DNA from: Octopus bimaculoides | Taxonomy: Eukaryota | Direction: 5' to 3' | Assembly (NCBI RefSeq): GCF_001194135.2 | Contig: NC_068981.1 | Span: 37,100,401-37,164,400, forward strand | Length of the DNA stretch: 64,000 bases | Shown: in pieces, positions 40,024-50,540 of the stretch | Layout of the letters: every line of letters begins with the position of its first letter | How positions within the stretch are numbered: position 1 is the first letter of the stretch | The notes under the pieces: model-generated | Database searches by the model: none | The model's input: only the letters and a program-made list of their open reading frames with translations | Told to the model about the DNA's origin: nothing | Program-made: the position numbers and the translations under genes

Positions 40024-40640
40024 TGAGAAGAGTAAGAGCAGGGCTGTGTACATTTCTCGGCCTGGTCCTTGAACTTCCTGTGGAACCAGCAGATTGAGGG
40101 AGCAGGAAATGCGCGTGTGTGCGAGAAGGAGCGGCAACTAGTCCTCCCTGCGGAATGATCCCTTGAAGACCAACAGTTCCTGCACTTGCGTGAAACCTGA
40201 CGGGTCAGTTCTGCGATAGCCTGCAAGATTTCAGAGGATTGCATGTCATCCGGAGCAGAAGTAGAATCTTGAGAGGAAGATGAAGAAGTGACAAGGTTAT
40301 CTGCGGAGGATGGCGAGCTAGAAAATTCTATAATCCTGTCTGCGGAGGCGGCGAGTTGTGCAAGGGCTGTGTGTTCAATCATAGAAGCTGAAATCGACTG
40401 GACATTAGAAGGCATCCTCGAGAAAAATAATTGTTTGACAAATGCCTGTCCCTCATATGAGCTGTCTGACGACTCTTGGATTCGTCGCAAAAACTGGGTG
40501 GGGGTTCGGTCTTCGAGATGCTCATCCTGCAAGAGTGTGCAAGATTTACTCTCAGCCGGAGGAGAGTTATGCCGGAGATTTCGTAAGTCATATCCGATGG
40601 AGTTCCTGTTATTATATCTCGCACTGAACTCTTGCAAGCT
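40014..40640 (-). pseudogene. gag: Gypsy (Mag/CsRn1-like) LTR-retrotransposon gag fragment
   Basis: ORF 40014..40637 contains LLQDEHLEDRTPTQFLRRI, QLFFSRMPSNVQSI, LAASADRIIE and the C-terminal CWFHRKFKDQAEKCTQPCSY..QGN*. The shifted frame VRDIITGTPSD continues the gag N-terminus. Confidence 0.88.
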
Positions 40641-41639
40641 TTTCTCTTCCTTTTCTCATTGTCCTCAGCAGTTTACCGCCTTCCTCCGTTTCTTCTCAAT
40701 ACCTGCAAGCTGTTGCTCGTAATCGCTGTGTAATCCTGAGCTGGAGTAAAAGACACGTTGGCCTAACGATTTCTATCGCCTCTGCTGCTTATAGACCCTG
40801 AAGATGATATGATTTCCTTTCCCCATCCGATATTTGCTGCGGGAACTGTGACTTATGGTGATTCGAAAACAGCGGTAGCGCAGGTACGATCGTCTGAAGC
40901 CTACTCTTTGTTTCATTTATCTGTGATGTTGACTATCACCTGATTTTTTTTTCTTTCGTTTCCTCTTCCTCTGGCCAGAATGTTCTTTGGGCGTCCCTTA
41001 CCAAAACACGTATAGCAACAAAGCTTGAGAATGATTCCTTTTCCTCTACCTCACTAGGTACAACTCCCAGATAGTCCTGCATTCTTCTGAGACCATAAGA
41101 ATCCGAATGTTAAAGCATACTCGATCCAGCCACATTTTGTTACATGTCTCTGATGCATGTATCACAAGTTCATACTGTGCTACAAAGCTTATGACAATTC
41201 AAAGTTAAATATCACCATTAATACACCTGGCCATGACAGTTGCATTCCTGTTTCTCGTGAATTGGACATGTACACTACCTGTCTTCATTCTTCTTTCTAT
41301 GCCTTGGAAATCAGTGACGCTTTCAGTCATATGCTTTGCGCTAATTGATGCAGGGATATGTCCATGCACATGTTTGCTAAGGCTTCTATTTTTCTTTCAT
41401 TAGCATATGGATTCGTGTCCATTTGTTTTTGAAAAACAACTGTATGCTGACACATTCCTGGAGCTCCTGACACATTTCTGGAGCTAGGAGACACACCCAT
41501 TTGTGACGTATCTATTCCGTGTTCCCTGCTTTTTCACTATTTGTAATTAACTGATGTCCAACAAACATTTCCATTTAGTTTGCAATGCAAACCAAAGGTA
41601 AGTTACTGTCGTTCTTAGTGTTTTTGTTGAGTTCATTTA

Positions 41640-41830
41640 AATTTGTCAAATTTTGATCACTTACACTTGCGTCAGGTTATTTCATTGTCTTTTTTCGGGG
41701 TTGGGTGGGGTGCTGTTTTTCAAAAATTTATTTTCGTGTTCGGAAATGTTGGGGGCGTATTCGCTGATACGAACATTATGAATAGTACCTTTTTCCATGA
41801 TCCGGAGATGGTAATACTAAAGCACTAATA
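41640..41830 (+). mobile_element. Putative non-autonomous element end (Helitron-like) with subterminal hairpin
   Basis: Hairpin AATGTT-ggggg-CGTAT-tcgctg-ATACG-AACATT at 41745-41777 in a CpG-containing block. The class assignment is a guess. Confidence 0.3.
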
Positions 41831-42452
41831 AACAAACCTAAATACACGTTTGCTCAAAGGTGTATACAATATAAATGTCAAAGGATGAAACTTGCGTTAG
41901 TAAAGTAAAAAAATAAAAACGATCATTATCATGAAGCAAACCCAGAAGAAAATGTCTTCTAAGCAAAGTTCCGTGAAACGAAACTATTCACAAGAAAAGG
42001 TGTAGTAATAGTAGCAGCAGCAGCAGTAATAGTAGTAGTAGTTCGAAAATTACTGTTTAGATATGTCTTTCTAAGATGGGAGCAATACATTTTCATTTTA
42101 TTCATTAAGCCAATATGACAATTTTTAATTAGTTTTGAATTATTTCTTTTTTGCTACGTGTTTTGCAATGATAGATTAAGATAATTATATGGATTGGCAG
42201 AAAACGAAAGAAAGGAAAAATAGAACTTTTGATATTGGTGTTATTTCTACAACTGTTGGCCATGAGATGTGAACAAATAAAAATATATATTAAATTGTAG
42301 ATGTCCAAATTATTCATAATTCATGTTCACATGACAAGAAAAAGAGAAAAAAATCAAAGCTTCAGCTTATTGATACATGAAAGGTTAGAAAGATAACGTT
42401 AGTCACAGGATCTTGCAGGATATGATAGTGTGTGTGGTGTGCATGTGCATGT

Positions 42453-42491
<39 letters not shown>

Positions 42492-42562
42492 TATGAATTG
42501 AAATATGTACTGTCTATAAAGACTGTACATTTCATGCATTAGTCAAAATGTACTTATGACAT

Positions 42563-42594
<32 letters not shown>

Positions 42595-42854
42595 CATACA
42601 TACATAGTTTTTCATGAAGCATTGTCTGATATGTATTAATGCCTTAAATTTTTTTAAAGCTAAAATTTCTTGAAGGGGTTTTAACCCTGAAATATTAAAT
42701 TACTAGGTAATAGTAAACCATCAACCTTTACTATTAATTTTTATAACTTGCATCGTTTTGGCTTGGGAAAAATTATTCAAAACACACACTCACACACATA
42801 TATAAATATACATAGATATGTATATGTGTGTGTATGTATATATGTGAATGTATT

Positions 42855-42901
<47 letters not shown>

Positions 42902-43489
42902 CTTATATGCAATGTGATCACATGTGTGCCATTGGTGATTTCTTTTCCTTCTTTGAACTTTTCCTTTCCCCTTTCTGATGAAGCCTCACTGAAGAGCTTT
43001 GAGATCAACCCAGTCTGCAGGTAAATGCAAGCACAAGACCACCCTGCTTGGTACATCTGTACCAACAGAGGTGCCAGCTCCTAGGAAAAAGAAAAACATA
43101 CATGAATAAATTCTATACAATAACATAACCCCAAATTTAATCAATAAAAATTTCTACAAAACACCTCTCCATGATAACTCACCCTATAAATCTAATTACC
43201 ACTCCACTCACACTCACACACTCAAGGAATATTTTAACTCAACAGAGACAATATAAATGCAAGATTAATTCCAATGCATCACAATGTGACAATGGCTTAA
43301 TTGGCTGAAACTTTGAAGTCATTGTAAATACTATTGTTGCATTTACCAGCAGACCAGGTTGATCTCATAGCTCTTCAGTGAGGCTTTGAATGTGTCTTTG
43401 AAGTGCTTTTTATTTCCACCTTGTGTACACTTGCCTCCTGCCAGCTTGCTGTATATCAGTCTCTTTGGGAGTCATGTGTCAGGCATTTG

Positions 43490-43547
<58 letters not shown>

Positions 43548-44639
43548 CACTCGGTGTCAATAAAATTAATAAGGTTTCATCTGAAATTCTTGGGATAGAA
43601 AGTATTTTGAAATTCAGATTTGGGGTGATATCTGAATTATTGCATATTTGCATTTATGAAATAGGATAGCTTAGAAATGGGAAGCAAATCTAAACATGTT
43701 ACCATTTTATATTTCATAAAATACCTCAAAAGTAGAGTTGTACAAATTTTACACAAGTTCTCTTTTGAATGACTTGTAACACTTCTACTTTAGGATCCTT
43801 TCCACAACAGAATTGTCTATTTTTATTTCACTTTCACATGAATTTGTCAACAGCATATACCAGGTACACATCGTTTACAATTTTTCACTTTCATATTATG
43901 ATCTACTACAGCAACATGACCACATCATTGTAAAAACATTCTTAAATAAAAGGTGACATAGCATAGATGCAATCATTTACCTTGACACCGACTTTAAAAT
44001 ATCACTTTAACATTTAAAACATCAAAAGAAATAGTAAAATAGCTTCTTGAAATATATAAGATTGAAAGATGGAAAATAGGGAAATAATTTTAATGAAACA
44101 TATTTTTGCTGTTTGTTATTGGTTCACAGAAGTTGAAAAGAGCAGTTGCTTTATAGGATTAAAATAGCAGCCAAAGGTCTCTGAGAAAATAACAAAGACT
44201 AAGCCACTCACCTCCATCTCTCTTTTCTTTCGAACATATAAGAGAGAAACCAATAAATAAGAGATGTAATGATAATCATGGAGTACAACACTTCCATTTT
44301 TGCAAATAAATGACATCAATAGTAATATTGCTTCAGTAATAAACTTTGAAACAAATGCGGATGATATAATTATAGCAAGTATAGTTTTAAAAGAAATCAA
44401 GGAATATCTATAAACAGGAACATTTAACTGTTCTTTATCCCTTCTTTTTCTTCTTTCCAGCTTCAGTTTATTCTTTTGTGTAAGAGTATTATTTACTTTC
44501 CTCTGTCTGTCATGGTATGCTTTATAAAGCATAGTGCTACCTATCAAACTTAGAATAAGGAGAAAATAAACAGGAAATAGAAAACAAAGAGCTATGGTGA
44601 AGCTAAAGTTAAGGAAGCACAGAGAAAGCATTGACAACA

Positions 44640-45960
44640 TTTAGACCAGCTTGAACAAAATAGTAATGAGAAATCTGCCAATCTTAGAGGATATGATAAA
44701 AAGACAGTAAAGATTAAAATGAGAGAAATTAACACTATCATAAGCTATGTACCAATTACATCTCTCCTGGCAGTAAATAACCAATACAAGAATGTTGCAG
44801 AAGTAGCAGAAAAAGAGATTACCTATAAAACAGGTACATTAAGAACTTGCAGGTAAATACCCTTATGGAAGAGACTTGAAAAACAGAATCAAAAGTTTGA
44901 AATAGAATGCAAATCAACTACAACTACTTAAAAGTGCACTAAGAAACTAAAATACCTGAAAAAAAATGTGTTATGAAAGACAAACAGAAAGAAGTTAATG
45001 TCCAAAACTAGGACCAATAACTTGCATACCATTGTGAGAGAAACTGCATACAATTATAAGATCTATGTGCACATAGAGAAAAGGCACCAGGGAGGTTCAA
45101 GAAGGGCAAAAAAAAAAACAAAAAAACAAGTAATCAAAAAGATGATTATTGGAAATTGCAAGAGAAAACTATTTCAATGACAGCATGGATTGATTAAAAG
45201 AAGAAGCATAAAACATGGTTCCCCAATGTTGTATTCAAAATGTTCAAAACTGCAAATAACAGCACAAAAATAAGTGAATAATTGGACACTCAGAAACAGC
45301 AAAGGACACTCAGAAACAGCAAAGTAGATCAAACTATTTTTCTAAGTGATAACTCTAGTGTTTGTCACTGCTCTTACCCCACTCGCCCCAGAACAGATAA
45401 TAGTAAAAGCTAGATATATCTTAGGAAAAGGCCAGGAAGTAGTTAACCATTTACAATTCATGAATGATCTGAAGTTATATGGAAAAACTGAGAGACACTT
45501 GGATATTCTTGCTTAATAATATCAGAATTGGATTTTGTATTTCCAAGAGTGGAATCCTTGTGATAAAGAAAGAGAATACCATGAAACTGACTGCATAAAT
45601 TTACTGATCTACAAGATAGAGGAAATTGGAATGGATAATGGATATAAATATCTGGGAGCTGATGGTAGAAAGGATAAAACAATGAATTTCAAAATCGTAA
45701 GAGACTATTTCTAGATTATAAAAAAAAGTATTCTAAAATCCAAATTCAATGGTATAAATACCATCGCTCAAGAATCATATCCACCATCAGATGCAAAACT
45801 AAAATAATCAATTAGACATAAAAAAAAAATCTTTTAACAATTTCCAGTTACATATACAAGCATGCGTTGACAGCCTACAGTTATGAAAATGTAAACAAGC
45901 ACCCCCCCTTTCCAGGGATAGATGCCAAAGAGGAAATAACTACTTGGCATGCATCCAGCG
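44640..45960 (+). mobile_element. Decayed Dong/R4-clade (RLE-type) LINE, RT domain
   Basis: PWKRLE-like N-terminal motif at about 44860, RPITCIPL, GGSRRAK..QVIKKMIIGNCKRK (cf. GSRGTKDQLLIDKMIIENCK), AWID*K..MVP, VNHLQFMNDLKLYGK (cf. NHLLFMDDLKLY), GYKYLG, ILKSKFNGINT. Confidence 0.85.
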
Positions 45961-45989
45961 ATCTGGTTTGGAGACACTCTGGAAGATGC

Positions 45990-46345
45990 AGAGGTGGCTG
46001 TGTGCTAAGAAGTTTACTTCCCAACTACATGGTTCTGGGTTCAATCCAACTGCATGGCAGTTGAGCAAGTGTTTTCTACTATGGTCTTAGGCTAACAAAA
46101 GCTTAGTGAGTGGATTTGGTGGAGGGAAACTGAAAGAAACTAATTGTATGTGTGTGTGTGTGGGGGGGGGGTCTGTGTGTGTGTCTTTGCATCTATGTTG
46201 GTACCTCACCACCACTTGATAACTGGTGTTAGTGTATTTACATCCTTGTAACTTAGCAGTACAGTAAAGGATACTGATAGAATAAATACTAGGCTTAAAA
46301 AAGTAAATACTGGGGGCGATTTGTTTGATTAAGATTCTTATGAGT
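45990..46345 (+). mobile_element. tRNA-derived SINE family A
   Basis: ggtggctgtgtgctaagaag...ggttctgggttcaatcc head plus the shared 3' body. Confidence 0.8.
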
Positions 46346-46554
46346 GGTGGCTCAGCATAACATCCCCTCACAGTTAAAGATAAGCCAACAACAGCAGGAA
46401 GACAAACATAACTCCACAGGTACACATATATACGCGCGCACGCACACACACACAAACACATACACACACTTTCTCTCACACCCGCACATACACACACCCA
46501 TACACACATTCACACACTCACACACAGATGCACACACATACACTATAAGCCTCT

Positions 46555-46700
46555 ACACAGTTCTGTCTGCCAAATTCACTTACAAAGCATTAGTAAGTCC
46601 AACGCTACAGCTGAAGACACTTGCTCCCAGCACTGCATGTGGGACTGAACCTGAAACCATGTGGTTGTGAAGCAAATTACTTAATGCACAACCATGCGTT
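46555..46700 (-). mobile_element. SINE family A head, opposite orientation to 45990-46345
   Basis: gaagacacttgc...gggactgaacctgaaaccatgtggttg, as in the other minus-strand copies. Confidence 0.7.
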
Positions 46701-47282
46701 ATGAGTAACAGTGCAATACAAAAACAAATCTCTTCTTTGTGAACTGAATGTTTCACACATTTTTGATGCTAGTTGAAGCAGTTTTACTTTATTTAATGCC
46801 TCTAAGAAAAGCATGAACATCAGAAAATTCAGTGCCAACCACTCAAGAAAATATCTGAACTAGCAAATATATATCTAGTCTGGAATAATAGATTTGGAGT
46901 CTTAATATGAAACATGGCATACAGATGTATGTGTCATCCTCAAGCACTTACACACTCAAACACACACTCATATACAAACATTTATGTGCATTTGTTTACA
47001 TCATTTAACATACAGGTACATAAAATGTCATAATAGTTATCTTCAATCAGTCATCCAAATATAGTTTCAGGTACTATTTTCAAAGTACATGCATAAAAGT
47101 CTGTGGATGCATTTCAGTAAATATGTTACAGCTTCTAGCTAGTAAATCATACGTCTTTTTTTGTACATTTTTCATATTTTCTTAAATTTTTTTTACTTGT
47201 AATAAAGCCTTGAGACAAAGTATAACACATTTGAAATATTGGAAAACATGCAAAAAAGTAAAGTCTATTACCATGCAACTGC

Positions 47283-47328
<46 letters not shown>

Positions 47329-47443
47329 ATATGTGTGTGTGCGTGCATGTGTATGTATGCAATTTTGTGTATGCAAAAGTTTGTTTATGCATATATGTTT
47401 TTATGTATCTCTCACTTTCACTTTCTCTCTGCATGTATGTATA

Positions 47444-47479
<36 letters not shown>

Positions 47480-47567
47480 TGTATGTATGTTTGTATGTAT
47501 GTATGTATGTATGATATATAGCACATATAATATATTAAAATATCTTAAGCATATGTTTGTATGTATG

Positions 47568-47599
<32 letters not shown>

Positions 47600-48858
47600 C
47601 ATGTATGAATGTATGTATGTATGTATGCATGTATGAATGTATATGTATACATGATGGAATTACTGGTAATTGCTGCTTAAGGGGAGAGAACCGCTTCTAT
47701 GTTTATTTTTCATATGTTGAGAAACCATTATCAAAAGTAAAAGCAGAATACATATTTCCATGTAATTTTTTATCTTTTCATGAGATAAAGTCCTTAAAGT
47801 CTCTGGTAGCCAATAGATAGCACAGTTTCGTCTTCTTTCTGTACTTTTCAACATAATATAACTCAAGGTTTTAAACTTAGTTAATATAAATTCATTTCAA
47901 AAATTTTAAACAATATTTTTTGCTTCTTCTAGCAGTAGAGAAAAGAAGGGAAGAGAGGATGTTATTCCTGTAGTGTTGGAATGTATGTAGGGGTATTATA
48001 TGCATAGATTTTATATGGTGGTTTGGATGGCTGACCGAATGTTTAAGCCCATATAAGTGTGCATATGTGTCTGCGTGTTTTTTGTGTGTTTTGGTTTACC
48101 TCTTTGTTAGGTTCTCAGGATATAGTAGTTCAAATTTAGTGAACTGGTGATATCATGATGGGACCCGTAGGTACAATAGAAATACTATCTTTCATCTGGG
48201 CAAGGGCTGAAAATCTCACTTCTGCATTCAAATATGTGCTAATGTTAGGGCCCAAATGGGCTATCTGACATGCGGGAGTGACAAGAATTTCAGTAGAATT
48301 CAGTAGTATGTGGGAATGACAAGAATTTCAGTAGAAAAATATCAGATTGTAAGATAGTAGACAAGATAGTATCTAGATATTTATAGTGGCTTAAGACAGT
48401 CTAAAACAACGGATCCAATTTAGGTTAGATGTGCTAATCATTATTCATTACAAACACTGCTACTATCGTTAATAGCTAATTATTTCATAGCTTACTGGCA
48501 TTTTGAAACGTTAATGGCTGTTTGGCCATTATTTTATTATAATGGTTTGACTGATTTTTGTTCCGGTATTCAGTGCAAAGTTGACTACCTCTGATGATCC
48601 ACACCTAACATTGAAATCACATGATATGGTAATGCCATCCACCCATACAGATGATCATTTCATTAGCCAGTATAGTTAGTGTTTGATTAGGTGTTTACAG
48701 TAGTTTAAGATCGTCTAAACAACAGATCCATTTTAGGTTGGATGTGCTAATTATCCACAACTATTTAGTTCACTGCAAACATCCCTCTGCACAATGAAAT
48801 ACTTTCCTTGCACACAGAAAATATTATTTCTAATATCATTATTTTTCTCATTTCTAAG

Positions 48859-49079
48859 GTTTTGGAGTAGTGAGCTAGTCAATTACATCAGTTCATTGAT
48901 CCTGAAAGGTCAACCTTGGCAGAATTTGAACTCAGAATGAGATGGCAGAATCACTAGCATGCTGGACAAAATATTTAGTGGCATTTCTTTTGGTTTTACA
49001 TTCTGAGTTCAAATTCTGCCAAGGTTGACCTTTCAGGATCAATGAACTGATGTAATTGACTAGCTCACTACTCCAAAAC
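48859..49079. repeat. Perfect 81-bp inverted repeat with 59-bp loop
   Basis: 48859-48939 is the exact reverse complement of 48999-49079. Confidence 0.97.
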
Positions 49080-49110
49080 TTTAGGTCTTGAGCCTATAAT
49101 GAAAAGGATA
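48941..49110 (+). mobile_element. SINE family B copy with two internal deletions; forms the loop and right arm of a perfect hairpin
   Basis: gatggcagaatcactagcatgctggacaaaat...cattctgagttcaaattctgccaaggttgac; compared with 63285-63490 it lacks two internal segments. Confidence 0.8.
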
Positions 49111-50444
49111 ATTTTTTTATTCTCATAGTTTGACTTTATTTTTTAATGCCAATTTCAGTTTTTTACAAATCAAAAAGACTGTAAGAGAATTCCAAAAATG
49201 TTGGTTTCTCCATCAATTTCTGGTGTTCTTTCAGTAGTAGGGATATAAGTGATCAATTCTCTCAAGAGATCCTTTTACCTTGCTGCTAATGGAAGTAGAA
49301 TATCAGTCACTTTTATTGCTGTGTTGTGACCAGAAATGCATTCTATTTTATTAAGATATTAATATTTATATATGAATTTTAATATACAAAAGGTAAGAGT
49401 ACATCAAACACTGTCGCTAATTTTTAATATCCATTCACTATATCTCAATATATTTTTACTCAGCACATATTTTTTTACCTCACTGAGTTCACTACTAAAA
49501 ATGCTTTGGAAGAAAGAAATACTTGCATTGTATTTATGAGATATAAATTCTGCTATTATACTTATATATGTACATACATACATACGCACATACACACACA
49601 CACTCACACAGAGAGAAAGAGAGAGAGATTATATATATATATATATATATNNNNNNNNNNNNNNNNNNNNNNNNNNNNNNNNNNNNNNNNNNNNNNNNNN
49701 NNNNNNNNNNNNNNNNNNNNNNNNNNNNNNNNNNNNNNNNNNNNNNNNNNNNNNNNNNNNNNNNNNNNNNNNNNNNNNNNNNNNNNNNNNNNNNNNNNNN
49801 NNNNNNNNNNNNNNNNNNNNNNNNNNNNNNNNNNNNNNNNNNNNNNNNNNNNNNNNNNNNNNNNNNNNNNNNNNNNNNNNNNNNNNNNNNNNNNNNNNNN
49901 NNNNNNNNNNNNNNNNNNNNNNNNNNNNNNNNNNNNNNNNNNNNNNNNNNNNNNNNNNNNNNNNNNNNNNNNNNNNNNNNNNNNNNNNNNNNNNNNNNNN
50001 NNNNNNNNNNNNNNNNNNNNATATATATATATATTATATATATGTTTTTATGTATATGTGTTTATGTGCACACACACACACAACATACATACATATATTC
50101 ATATACACATACATATATGAATGCATACAAATACATAAGCTCATATTCATGTGTGCAGGTGTGAGAATGTTGAATATTTTCTGTATGTGTGTGTGTGTGT
50201 GTGTGTGTGTTTTTGCTCCTTAATATGCCTACTTGTACAAATTTACAAAGATGTTCATCAGTGTTCGTGAAGCGCTTAAGATGGATTGCCTTTGCAATTC
50301 TCAGTACATATTTATCTGTCTATTTGCATTCATATATGCATGGGTATACATCTGAATGCATTATGAAATTTATGTATTCTGATTAGTATTGGTTGAGGGT
50401 CTTCATCTTCTTCATACACACACACACGTAAATATATATGTGTA

Positions 50445-50491
<47 letters not shown>

Positions 50492-50503
50492 CATTCACAC
50501 ACA

Positions 50504-50540
<37 letters not shown>

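Noticed and set aside
42976-43010. CTGATGA motif suggesting a hammerhead core or C/D snoRNA C box
   Set aside because: No GAAA after the putative stem II and no convincing terminal D box or stem.
44116-44640. 174-aa minus-strand ORF with hydrophobic stretches
   Set aside because: AT-rich, no recognisable domain, no splice support, and adjacent to a decayed LINE; likely a chance ORF.
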